Positions 9,118 to 18,958 of a DNA stretch of 64,000 nt are shown here, piece by piece (the stretch's first letter is position 1; each line of letters starts with the position of its first letter). The notes under the pieces are model-generated. The model had not been told where the DNA came from. It worked only from the letters and a program-made list of their open reading frames with translations, and searched no databases. The stretch comes from Bacillota bacterium (GTDB lineage: Bacteria; Bacillota; Clostridia; Christensenellales; SZUA-584): assembly GCA_023406895.1 (NCBI GenBank), contig JAEXTV010000030.1:13921-77920 (forward strand), written 5' to 3'. The position numbers were made by a program, and so were the translations under genes.

Positions 9118-9146
9118 TTGACGTGTAAATGTTTTGGTGGTATGAT
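9118..9146 (+). promoter_or_regulatory. Sigma-A-type promoter (TTGACG-17-TATGAT)
   Basis: TTGACG 9118-9123, 17-nt spacer, TATGAT 9141-9146. This implies a leader of about 165 nt before the ATG at 9314. Confidence 0.5.
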
Positions 9147-9313
9147 AATACAAATGAGGTTTATGCGGCTGTGATATTGCCGCATATAAATCCTATGGTC
9201 GTCCGAAGCCGAAGAAAAGAGTTTCTAGCCGCGTGTTTGTTTCAAACATGTATCCGGAGTTAAGAAATGTCATCTCGTCTTTAAGAACCATGGTTACAAA
9301 AAAAGGAGAAAAA

Positions 9314-9595
9314 ATGTTTGAAGACAAGACACTGACGTGTGCGGATTGCGGTTCACAGTATGTTTTTACCGCGTCTGAGCAGGAATTCTATCGGGAAAAG
9401 GGTTTTGAGAACGAGCCCAAGAGATGTCCTCAGTGCCGCCAGAGCAGAAAGCATCAGAAGAGAACGAATGATCGTCCCATGTATGATGCGGTTTGCGCAG
9501 AATGCGGTACCACAACAAAGGTTCCGTTCCAGCCCACGGGCGAAAGACCTGTATACTGCAGCGATTGCTTCAGAGCAAGAAGAGATCGCTACTAA
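9314..9595 (+). CDS. Zinc-ribbon protein (two CxxC...CxxC units)
   Basis: CADCG...CPQC and CAECG...CSDC motifs. AAGGAG RBS before ATG 9314. The track start at 9233 is an extension. Confidence 0.75.
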   Translation: MFEDKTLTCADCGSQYVFTASEQEFYREKGFENEPKRCPQCRQSRKHQKRTNDRPMYDAVCAECGTTTKVPFQPTGERPVYCSDCFRARRDRY

Positions 9596-9610
9596 GGTTT
9601 ATCAGCACAA

Positions 9611-9650
9611 AAGCGCTGTGTCCAAACGGACACGGCGCTTTTTGTTTTTT
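9611..9650 (+). terminator. Intrinsic terminator
   Basis: GCGCTGTGTCC...GGACACGGCGC stem followed by TTTTTGTTTTTT. Confidence 0.8.
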
Positions 9651-9814
9651 ATCAGGCGTATGCAATGTACGACGATATTCTATCACACGCAGATGCACAG
9701 ACAAGAATTTTATGGCTGCGCAGTCATGATTCGCATTCACTTATTTGTGTTTGACGCGCCCTATATGGCAGTGGTACAATACCTAGAATAACGCAGAGCA
9801 CGGAGGGTATATCA

Positions 9815-10309
9815 ATGAGGAGTACATTATATTGCGAAATTCTCGATATGCTGGAGCAGGATGCCAGGGCCAGCATAGAAGATATGGCCTTGATGACGGG
9901 CGCATCGGCGGAGCAGATTAAGGAAGCCATTTCAAATCTGGAACAGGAAAAGATCATCGTCAAGTATACGGCGATTGTCAATAGAGAAAAAGTGGCTTCG
10001 GAGGAAGCCGAGGCACTGATTGAGGTCAAGGTTGTTCCCAAGCGCGGTCTTGGCTATGATGATCTCGCGGAGCGCATTTATGGCTTTAATGAGGTCAAAT
10101 CTGTTTATTTAATGTCTGGCACTTACGATCTTTCGGTTGTGGTGCGGGCAGACAGCATGAAACAGATTTCGCAGTTTGTGTTTGAAAAGCTGGCAGTGCT
10201 CGAAGGCGTTTCGAGCACGGTGACGCATTTCATCATGAGGAAATACAAAGAGCAGGGTGTGATTCTTACCGCGAAAGAGCGTGAAGAGAGGCTGGTGATC
10301 TCGCCGTGA
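9815..10309 (+). CDS. Lrp/AsnC family transcriptional regulator
   Basis: N-terminal HTH (ILDMLEQDARASIEDMALMTGAS) and a C-terminal RAM/AsnC-type domain. Translationally coupled to the downstream aminotransferase. Confidence 0.8.
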   Translation: MRSTLYCEILDMLEQDARASIEDMALMTGASAEQIKEAISNLEQEKIIVKYTAIVNREKVASEEAEALIEVKVVPKRGLGYDDLAERIYGFNEVKSVYLMSGTYDLSVVVRADSMKQISQFVFEKLAVLEGVSSTVTHFIMRKYKEQGVILTAKEREERLVISP

Positions 10310-11481
10310 CGATGGAAGGAAAAGTATCAACGGTCGTTAGAGACATGCCGCCATCGGGCATTCGCAAGTTCTTTGACATCGCGAGCGAAATGAAAGACTG
10401 CATTTCTCTCGGTGTGGGTGAGCCTGATTTTGATACGCCCTGGAATATCCGGGAAAGTGCTATTTACGCGATTGAAGCCGGACGGACACATTATACGTCT
10501 AACCACGGCAGCACAGAGCTGCGCAATGCGATACGTGATTATTTTGATATGCGGTTTGGATTGTGCTACGAGTTAAACCAGATCGTCGCCACGGTGGGTG
10601 CAAGCGAAGGCCTCGATCTCGCTTTTCGTGCGCTTTTAAATCCCGGGGACGAAGTGATCGTACCGGCCCCGTCTTATGTGGCTTATATGCCGGGCGTGAC
10701 GCTCGCAGCCGGCAAACCTGTGTCCATGATATTAACGGAAGAGGATCAATTCCGTATTACGCCTCAAAGCCTTCGCGCCGCGATTACGCCAAAGTCTAAA
10801 GCTGTGATTGTGGCGTTCCCGAACAACCCGACAGGCGCGATTATGACCAAAGAGGATTATGAACAAATTGCGGATATCATCATCGAGCACGACTTGGTTG
10901 TGATTGCGGACGAGGTTTACGCGGAGCTGACGTATGACAAGCAGCATTTTTCCATCGCTCAGCTGCCGGGAATGCAGGAGCGTACCATTGTCATCGGCGG
11001 CTTTTCCAAAGCGTTTGCGATGACGGGCTTCCGCCTTGGTTATGCGGCCGGGCCGAAGCCGCTTATTGACGCGATGGTGAAGATCCATCAGTATTCGATG
11101 CTGTGTGCGTCGGCCATGAGCCAAGACGCGGGGGCTGAAGCGATGCGCTATGAATGCAGCCATGGATTTGTGCAGGTGAAGCAGATGGTCGGCGAATACA
11201 ACCGCCGCAGACGGCTCATGTATACGTCGCTCAATGAAATGGGCTTAAAATGCTTCGAACCGCTCGGCGCGTTTTATATTTTCCCCAATGTCAGTTCGAC
11301 GGGGCTTAAATCCGACGAGTTTTGTAAACGGCTGTTATTTGAGAAAAAGGTGGCCTGTGTACCCGGTACGGCTTTTGGCGATTCAATGGACAATTTTATG
11401 CGCTGCTCATATGCGACATCATTTGAAAACCTCAAAGAGGCGCTCAGCCGCATTAAAAGCTTTGTGGAGAGCCTTAAATAG
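10306..11481 (+). CDS. PLP-dependent aminotransferase, class I/II (aspartate/aromatic type)
   Basis: SKAFAMTGFRLGY PLP-lysine motif plus NPTG and HYTSNHG segments. GTGA start/stop overlap with the asnC-like gene. Confidence 0.85.
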   Translation: MTMEGKVSTVVRDMPPSGIRKFFDIASEMKDCISLGVGEPDFDTPWNIRESAIYAIEAGRTHYTSNHGSTELRNAIRDYFDMRFGLCYELNQIVATVGASEGLDLAFRALLNPGDEVIVPAPSYVAYMPGVTLAAGKPVSMILTEEDQFRITPQSLRAAITPKSKAVIVAFPNNPTGAIMTKEDYEQIADIIIEHDLVVIADEVYAELTYDKQHFSIAQLPGMQERTIVIGGFSKAFAMTGFRLGYAAGPKPLIDAMVKIHQYSMLCASAMSQDAGAEAMRYECSHGFVQVKQMVGEYNRRRRLMYTSLNEMGLKCFEPLGAFYIFPNVSSTGLKSDEFCKRLLFEKKVACVPGTAFGDSMDNFMRCSYATSFENLKEALSRIKSFVESLK

Positions 11482-11505
11482 TTGGGGCAAGAATAGAAAA
11501 GAATT

Positions 11506-11548
11506 CACAGGGTTTCTGTCACGAGAAGGTGGCCGGAACCCTGTTTTC
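11506..11548 (+). terminator. Probable terminator (long-loop hairpin plus U-tract)
   Basis: CACAGGGTT ... AACCCTGT followed by TTTTC. The loop is about 22 nt. Confidence 0.45.
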
Positions 11549-11733
11549 AATCTAGGGATATACTTGTATCTCTGAAAGTGCGGCTGACAGCAATTGCATA
11601 TCGGTGTGAAACAATATCACAAACAAATTTAAAGTAAAGACAAGAATCAGTGAATATACATTCGATATTTTAAAATAATCCGACAAACTGAACGAATTTG
11701 AGAGGCAAAAACTCTAATTCGAGATTAATAGAC

Positions 11734-11763
11734 TTTGACTAACTTTGACCAAAACGGTATAAT
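11734..11763 (+). promoter_or_regulatory. hsp20 promoter (TTGACT-17-TATAAT) overlapped by a CtsR-box-like heptad direct repeat
   Basis: TTGACT 11735-40, 17-nt spacer, TATAAT 11758-63. The bottom strand of 11734-11750 reads GGTCAAA-GTT-AGTCAAA, against the CtsR consensus (A/G)GTCAAA-NAN-(A/G)GTCAAA. Confidence 0.6.
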
Positions 11764-11803
11764 ACAAACATCACAAACGAACAACGACGAGGAGGAATGG
11801 ATC

Positions 11804-12187
11804 ATGACATTTTTACCATATCAAGGCCAATTGGTCACAGGGCGGCTCTGGAAGGATATTTTTGATGGGGCAGCTGTGCTCAGAGCCAATATCAAGGACA
11901 CCTCGGATGCTTACGTTGTTGAAGCTGAACTGCCGGGCGTGAAAAAAGAGGACATTACGCTGATTTGCGAGCAGGGTGTGCTGACCATCTCCGCAAAGGC
12001 GGACGAAGCGAAGGATACCGAGGACGAACGTTATATCCGCAAGGAACGGATTGAGGGAGAACTGATCAGGCGGTTTGCTTTTGAGGATATTGATGAGGAA
12101 AACATAAGCGCCAAACTTGAAAACGGCGTGCTCTTTGTCACACTGCCCAAGCAAAAGGCAAAAGAGAAACACATTGAGATTGAATAA
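11804..12187 (+). CDS. Hsp20/alpha-crystallin family small heat-shock protein
   Basis: Alpha-crystallin domain (DAYVVEAELPGVKKEDITL ... GVLTISA ... ENGVLFVTLPK). GAGGAGG RBS 8 nt before ATG 11804. Confidence 0.9.
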   Translation: MTFLPYQGQLVTGRLWKDIFDGAAVLRANIKDTSDAYVVEAELPGVKKEDITLICEQGVLTISAKADEAKDTEDERYIRKERIEGELIRRFAFEDIDEENISAKLENGVLFVTLPKQKAKEKHIEIE

Positions 12188-12197
12188 CGAATGAAAA

Positions 12198-12226
12198 ATG
12201 AGTCGCAAAATCGCGGCTCATTTTTA
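12198..12226 (+). terminator. Intrinsic terminator
   Basis: ATGAGTCGC...GCGGCTCAT stem followed by TTTTT. Confidence 0.75.
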
Positions 12227-12534
12227 TGTGTCTAAAGAATAAACGCTGGTTTCATCAGCGTTTACATGAGGAGAAGCTGGTCGCCGACAAGCGGCTGATG
12301 AGGTGTATGCTTCGTCAGCCTTTTTTAATGCCTCATCTTTGAAAAACAGACGGAAAATTATAAAGATGGCTTGTCTGCAAAGTTGTGGACTGGACGCACC
12401 ATAATACTTTTTATATCGACGATTCTTGGCTTTCTATGCAGTCTGCGTCGCGAATAGATGATATTTTATACAAAAAATATAAAAAGAAGATGAAATGCAG
12501 ATACTAAATAAAATTTAACAGGAGGCACATCAAT

Positions 12535-13179
12535 ATGAAAAAACTCTTATATATCAGCGCCAATCCAAAGCCCGAGAATCTCTCGTCAAGCAAAACGGTG
12601 GCAAGGAAACTCGTGAACCGCATACGCGATGAATATCAGGAGATTGAATTTGAGGAAGTCGATTTGTATACCGATCACATTCCGCAGCTGAAACACAGCT
12701 ATTTTGCGGGCAGAAGCGCGATTATCAATGAAAGCGAGCGGAAAAGGCTGTCCGAGGAAGATCAAAAGGAAGTGGAAAGAATCGTTGCGCTGTGTGACCA
12801 GTTTTGCAGTGCCGACGTGTATGTGCTCGCGGCACCCATGTGGAGCCTGTCGTATCCCGCACCCGTTAAGGAATACATCGACTGCGTGGTACAGGCGGGC
12901 AAGACGATAGAATTTGATGATAACGATAAACCCCATGGGCTTCTTGACAATGAAGAGAGGCTGTTCATCTATGTGCAGTCTTCAGGCGCACATATTCCGT
13001 GGATCATACGTCCGGCGCTCAATAAGGGTCTCAATTATGTGCACGATGTGATGAGATTTATCGGTATCAGCCGGTTTGAGGAGCTGCTTGTGGACGGAAC
13101 GGGGACCACAGAGGCTGAGCGGCAAGAGGCTATAGAGCGCGCGATTAAAAAAATAGACGACATCATATTGTCGGATTGA
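12535..13179 (+). CDS. FMN-dependent NADH-azoreductase / flavodoxin-like-fold NAD(P)H oxidoreductase
   Basis: N-terminus MKKLLYISANPKPENLSSS and overall length are typical of the AzoR/ACP-phosphodiesterase family. AGGAGG RBS. Confidence 0.7.
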   Translation: MKKLLYISANPKPENLSSSKTVARKLVNRIRDEYQEIEFEEVDLYTDHIPQLKHSYFAGRSAIINESERKRLSEEDQKEVERIVALCDQFCSADVYVLAAPMWSLSYPAPVKEYIDCVVQAGKTIEFDDNDKPHGLLDNEERLFIYVQSSGAHIPWIIRPALNKGLNYVHDVMRFIGISRFEELLVDGTGTTEAERQEAIERAIKKIDDIILSD

Positions 13180-13296
13180 CATAATTAATATAAATTTTCT
13201 GCATCTCCTTGTTTACTGTTAAGATCTGTGTTAAAAAGCCGATAGAAATTATGGAGGTATCTCAATCTAAGGAGTTTATTGGCAAGGAGGCCGAAA

Positions 13297-14319
13297 ATGA
13301 AAATTGATAATTACAACGTGGTGCAAAGCAGCTCGCACAGCCTTGTAAAAGAGGAGAACGAGACGGAGACATTAAACGCGTGGATTGGTGATCAGCGCAT
13401 CAGTGATGACCCTGCTTTTGTTGTTGACCTTAATGCAAAAGTCTTTCAGTTCAACACGGAAAAGACATATTTGAACAACGATACGGATTCAATCAGTCAG
13501 CAGTCTTTTGACGCGCGCATTAATCTTCTTGAATCGCTCGTGTATGCGCTGACGGGTAAACGCATCAAATTCAAGAATCCGGCTGAAGCGTTGTCCCATT
13601 ATCAGAATAAGAACATCAACATCACTGTGACAGGCAACGGCTCTGCCCAGGCCGACTGGGGCATCGCATATGATTACCGGAAAGTCAAATCTGAAAAAGA
13701 AAGCGTCAATTTTAATTCCAACGGTACCGTAAAAACGGCTGACGGCCGAACATTTGCTTTTGACTTGAAATTTGCGATGTCGCGCGAATATTACGAAGAG
13801 TCAGGCATTAGCCTGCGGCTCGGCAACGCCGCCAAGGTCGATCCGCTCGTCGTTGTGATGAACGGCGGCGCACCCACACTCAGCGCCACCAAACAAGCTT
13901 TTGATTTGGATGCGGATGGTAAAACCGAAAACATATCATTCGCGACGGGCGGCAGTGGTTTTCTCGCGTTTGACAAGAACGGTGACGGCGTCATCAACGA
14001 CGGCAGCGAGCTTTTCGGCCCATCGAGCGGCAATGGCTTTTCGGAGCTGCGCGCCTTTGACAACGACAAAAACGGCTGGATCGACGAGTCGGATGAAATC
14101 TACGGGAAGCTCTCGGTGTTGACGATGGCGCAGGACGGAAAAAGAACGCTGTTCAAGCTCGGAGACGCGGGTATCGGCGCGATCTATTTAAACGATGTGA
14201 GCACACAGTTTGAGATGAAGGATATGACGGATGAGTACGGCGAGATGAAGAGCAGCTCGATATTTTTGAATGAAAACGGCTCGGTGGGGACCATCCATCA
14301 TATCGATCTTTCCATATAG
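13297..14319 (+). CDS. Hypothetical protein with three EF-hand-like DxDxDG calcium-binding loops
   Basis: DLDADGKTE, DKNGDGVINDGSELFG and DNDKNGWIDESDE motifs in the C-terminal half. No obvious signal peptide. AAGGAGG RBS before ATG 13297. Confidence 0.6.
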   Translation: MKIDNYNVVQSSSHSLVKEENETETLNAWIGDQRISDDPAFVVDLNAKVFQFNTEKTYLNNDTDSISQQSFDARINLLESLVYALTGKRIKFKNPAEALSHYQNKNINITVTGNGSAQADWGIAYDYRKVKSEKESVNFNSNGTVKTADGRTFAFDLKFAMSREYYEESGISLRLGNAAKVDPLVVVMNGGAPTLSATKQAFDLDADGKTENISFATGGSGFLAFDKNGDGVINDGSELFGPSSGNGFSELRAFDNDKNGWIDESDEIYGKLSVLTMAQDGKRTLFKLGDAGIGAIYLNDVSTQFEMKDMTDEYGEMKSSSIFLNENGSVGTIHHIDLSI

Positions 14320-14450
14320 GCAACACAGCATCACTTTTATATTGTCTGGCAGGCCTCCGGTGGCGGAGGCCCTATTTCTTTTGCCTTGAGTGAGAAAAAC
14401 AGATATAATTGATGAAAGACAATTCACAAAAATATTTAAGGAGGCCCGGC

Positions 14451-15800
14451 TTGGCTAAGGATAAAACGGCGTTTGTCTGCAGCGCATGCGGCTATGAATA
14501 CGCGAAATGGCTGGGGCAGTGCCCATCGTGCAAGGAATGGAATACATTTGAGGAAATGGCCGTTTCCGCGCCGGTGAAGGGTGTTTCCGTTGTGCCGCTC
14601 GGCGAACAGGCTATGCGCCTTAAAGATGTGTCCATGGAGGATACCGCGCGATGGTCCACCGGCTACGGCGAGCTGGATCGTGTGCTCGGCGCGGGCGTGG
14701 TGGAAGGCTCGGTGGTGCTCGCGGGCGGCGAACCGGGCATCGGCAAGTCAACGCTGTTTTTACAGGTGGCCGATTCGCTCGCGCGGTCGGGCAAACGTGT
14801 GCTGTATATCTCGGGTGAAGAGTCGCTGCGGCAGATTCGGCTGCGTGCGACACGGCTGGGGATAGAGAGCGAAATGAAGCTGCTGGCTGAAACGGAGGTT
14901 AACAGCTGCATCACGCGGATACGGGAAAACGCGCCCGACTTTGTGGTGGTGGATTCCATTCAGACGTTGTATTCGTCGCGCCTTGGGCCTGCGGCAGGCA
15001 GCCTGAGCCAGATTAAGGAGTGCGCGGCGCTGCTGACGCGCGAGGCCAAGACAAGCGGCACGGCAATATTCATCATCGGGCATGTGACGAAAGAGGGTGC
15101 GATTGCGGGGCCGCGCGTGGTGGAACACATGGTGGATACCGTGCTCTATTTCGAAGGCGAGAGACAAGGAACATTTCGTATACTGCGCGCCGTGAAAAAC
15201 CGATTTGGGTCCACAAACGAAATCGGTGTGTTTGATATGCGCGACGACGGCATGCACGAGGTGGAAAACCCCTCCGGTCTGCTGCTCGGCGAGCGCGCAA
15301 AGGAGGCATCCGGCTCGTGCGTGTATCCCGCGATTGAGGGAACGAGGCCGGTGCTGCTCGAGATTCAGGCGCTGGTGAGCCTTACGTCGTTTCAGATGCC
15401 GCGCCGCATGGCGGCCGGGCTGGATTTCGGGCGCATGGCGCTGATGGTGGCCGTGCTTGAAAAGCGCATGGGCTTAAAGCTTTATAATCAAGACGTTTAT
15501 CTCAACGTGGCGGGCGGCATGAAGCTCAATCAGCCCGCGGCGGATCTTGCCATGGCGGCCAGTATCGTGTCGAGCTTTCGCGATGCACCGATCAGCGACG
15601 CGGTGGCGATGGGCGAGGTGGGCCTCACCGGTGAAGTGCGTGCCGTGGGGCAAATAGAAAAGCGGCTCATTGAGAGCAGCAAGATGGGATTTAAAAAAGC
15701 CGTGATTCCCAAGTCGAACCTCGCCGGTCTTAAAGTGCCGGCAGGCATAGAGGTGGTTGGCGTCCGGCACGTGTTCGATGCGCTTGAGATACTCATATAA
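14451..15800 (+). CDS. radA: DNA repair protein RadA (Sms)
   Basis: CSACGYEYAKWLGQCPSC zinc finger, GEPGIGKST Walker A, KNRFG motif and a Lon-like C-terminal domain. TTG 14451 lies 6 nt after AAGGAGG. Confidence 0.92.
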   Translation: MAKDKTAFVCSACGYEYAKWLGQCPSCKEWNTFEEMAVSAPVKGVSVVPLGEQAMRLKDVSMEDTARWSTGYGELDRVLGAGVVEGSVVLAGGEPGIGKSTLFLQVADSLARSGKRVLYISGEESLRQIRLRATRLGIESEMKLLAETEVNSCITRIRENAPDFVVVDSIQTLYSSRLGPAAGSLSQIKECAALLTREAKTSGTAIFIIGHVTKEGAIAGPRVVEHMVDTVLYFEGERQGTFRILRAVKNRFGSTNEIGVFDMRDDGMHEVENPSGLLLGERAKEASGSCVYPAIEGTRPVLLEIQALVSLTSFQMPRRMAAGLDFGRMALMVAVLEKRMGLKLYNQDVYLNVAGGMKLNQPAADLAMAASIVSSFRDAPISDAVAMGEVGLTGEVRAVGQIEKRLIESSKMGFKKAVIPKSNLAGLKVPAGIEVVGVRHVFDALEILI

Positions 15801-15827
15801 TCCACCCGGTCACATAGACTGTACCGT

Positions 15828-16388
15828 ATGAACGGGAAAACGGATCAAAACTTAAAAAGCTGGAGCATTGCCGGACTATTCGTTATCTTCATACTGGCGG
15901 GTCTCTGGCATTTTCTATACACATGGCTGCCGGGGCCGTTGACGGCGGTGCTGAGCCCTGTCAACGAAAGCCCGTGGGAACATACAAAGCTGTTTTTTAT
16001 GCCTGCGCTCATATACTTTATTATCGGTCAGCTGACCGTGGGTAAAGCGTACCCGAACTTCATGCTTGCCCATGCTGCCGTGCTACCGCTGATGCCGCTG
16101 CTGATGCTCTTCATCTATGGTCTGTTTCGGGCGTTCGGCGTCGAATCGCTAGTGGTTGATCTTGTCAACACGCTGATTGTGATTGCGTTCGGGATGGCCG
16201 TATCATACCGGCTGACAGTGTCAAGCATGCCATTGGCCGGCCTTCGCGGCCGCGTGACGGCGGTGCTTCTGGTGCTGGGGATGCTGGTTGTTTTCGCTGT
16301 TTTCACCTATTTTCCGCCTCACATCTCCATTTTTCAGGATTCCAATACGCTTCGCTACGGCATTCCCCCTAGAGTAAACGCTGATTAA
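15828..16388 (+). CDS. Integral membrane protein of unknown function (5-6 TM)
   Basis: Continuous hydrophobic segments with an NESPWEHTK motif after TM1. No convincing RBS. Confidence 0.55.
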   Translation: MNGKTDQNLKSWSIAGLFVIFILAGLWHFLYTWLPGPLTAVLSPVNESPWEHTKLFFMPALIYFIIGQLTVGKAYPNFMLAHAAVLPLMPLLMLFIYGLFRAFGVESLVVDLVNTLIVIAFGMAVSYRLTVSSMPLAGLRGRVTAVLLVLGMLVVFAVFTYFPPHISIFQDSNTLRYGIPPRVNAD

Positions 16389-16686
16389 TTCGAAACGCTG
16401 TCTTGACGGCTGCTTCCGCGGTCTGCTGTGTCGCTGAAATCTCAAAATAGCGCTGCTATTCCTCGATTTCGCTCCGTGCAGAACACGAAATCCGCTCGTC
16501 AATCCATCATTCCTCATTTAATCATTGTTTACTTAAGTAAATCCTTGTTCAACTGTCAGTAATGTGAATAATCTGTTAAGCATGCTTAAATACACTGTTT
16601 ACAAACATTATTCCTTGGTAGAATAGCTGAAAGATGCTTTATTTCCGAAAATAATAGATTGATGATAAATGTGGAGGACAGGCTCG

Positions 16687-18261
16687 ATGAGCAAAAAAAA
16701 GAAGTCGAAGAAAAGAATCGTGATTCTCGCAATTGTCCTTGTGATTGTGGTGCTTGGGGTGATTGGTTACTTCAACATGCGCGCCAGACAAGCGGAATTG
16801 GCCAAAACCACGTATGATATCGTGGACGTGACCAGAGGCACGATTGAAGTGAAGGTGAAGGGCGCGGGTACTGTGGAACCGCTGAGCGACGAGACTGTTT
16901 ATGCAAGCGCCGCGGGCGAGGTGGCGGATGTGTTTTTGGAAAACGGCGATACGGTGAATGCGGGCGATCTGATTGCGGTGATTGAGAGCGATGCGCTCGA
17001 ATCCGAAAAGAGCAGCCTGGAAAAGCAGATTGACGACGTGGATATGTCGATACTCACGGCGCGGTCCACATCGGGGAGCAAAAATGTGATGTCGCCGGTG
17101 GAGGGTGTCGTCAAGGCCGTTTATGCCAAGGAAGGTGATACGGTAAACGCGGTGGTCGAGCGTGACGGCGCATTGGCCGTCATCTGCCCGGATGATCTGA
17201 TGAAGACACAGGTTCCGTTTAAAAACGCGCCGAATGCCGGTGACGAGGTGACAGTCACGATCGGTACGGCCAGCGTCAACGGTGTGGTTGTGAGCGTATC
17301 GGGCGGAAAAGCGACCGTGCAGTTTGAAGACGACGGCTTTGCAATGGGTGACAGCGCGGTGGTGACGGATGCGGCCGGAACCGAAATCGGCAGCGGCGTC
17401 GTGGCTGTGGCGAACCCTGTGTATGTATCGGCAAAGGGCGGCACGGTGGATAATGTGCGCGTGTCAGCGGGCGACGACGTGTCGCGCGGCGGCAAGCTGA
17501 TGACGCTGGAAGGAGAAATCCTCTCAAGTTCGCTTTATACGCTGCTGGAGCAACGTGAGAGCCTACAGGAAGACCTTGACGATGTGATGGCTGATATCGA
17601 CAATTTAAGCGTGCGTGCGGGCTCAGACGGCGTGATCACAGGGCTGTCTTTGAAGAAAGGACAAAGCGTTCAGCAGGGCGTGGCACTGTTCACGGTGCAA
17701 AACGACAGTGCGGTAAAGATTGATGTGGAAATTGACGAACTGGACATTGCGTCGATTGAAGCGGGTGACGAAGCGACGGTGACGTTTGACGCGCTGCCCG
17801 AAAAAACATATACGGCAAATATCGCAAAGATTAACCCGGTTGGTACAGCACAAAACAACGTGACAAAATACACCGTCACGCTGACGCTCGAGAACGCGCA
17901 GGACGTGATGCTTGGCATGAGCGCGGATGTGCAGATTGTGTCCGAGCGCGCGCAGGATGCGCTGCAGATCCCCGTGGAAGCGATACAGACGATTAACGGT
18001 GAAAAATTCGTGGTGTTCGAAGGCGATATCAACAAGGATCTCGACTACACACCGGCCACTCACAAGGTGGTCACGGGCATTACTGATGGTGTTACTATCG
18101 AAGTGAAGGAAGGCCTGAAAGAAGGAGACCGTGTGGCAGTGCCGCAAGTGAAGGAAGCAAGCCTGCAGGAGCGTATGTGGAGCGGCAGCATGAACCGCGG
18201 TATGACCGGCGGCAATGGCGGCAGCAGCGCCGGAACCATGCCTGCCCCGCCGGCGAAATAA
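16687..18261 (+). CDS. Efflux transporter periplasmic adaptor (HlyD/MacA family)
   Basis: N-terminal basic segment plus TM, lipoyl/barrel-sandwich-type segments, coiled-coil region. Directly precedes the MacB-type ATPase and permease. GGAGGA RBS before ATG 16687. Confidence 0.8.
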   Translation: MSKKKKSKKRIVILAIVLVIVVLGVIGYFNMRARQAELAKTTYDIVDVTRGTIEVKVKGAGTVEPLSDETVYASAAGEVADVFLENGDTVNAGDLIAVIESDALESEKSSLEKQIDDVDMSILTARSTSGSKNVMSPVEGVVKAVYAKEGDTVNAVVERDGALAVICPDDLMKTQVPFKNAPNAGDEVTVTIGTASVNGVVVSVSGGKATVQFEDDGFAMGDSAVVTDAAGTEIGSGVVAVANPVYVSAKGGTVDNVRVSAGDDVSRGGKLMTLEGEILSSSLYTLLEQRESLQEDLDDVMADIDNLSVRAGSDGVITGLSLKKGQSVQQGVALFTVQNDSAVKIDVEIDELDIASIEAGDEATVTFDALPEKTYTANIAKINPVGTAQNNVTKYTVTLTLENAQDVMLGMSADVQIVSERAQDALQIPVEAIQTINGEKFVVFEGDINKDLDYTPATHKVVTGITDGVTIEVKEGLKEGDRVAVPQVKEASLQERMWSGSMNRGMTGGNGGSSAGTMPAPPAK

Positions 18262-18271
18262 AGAGGCGGAT

Positions 18272-18954
<683 letters not shown>

Positions 18955-18958
<4 letters not shown>

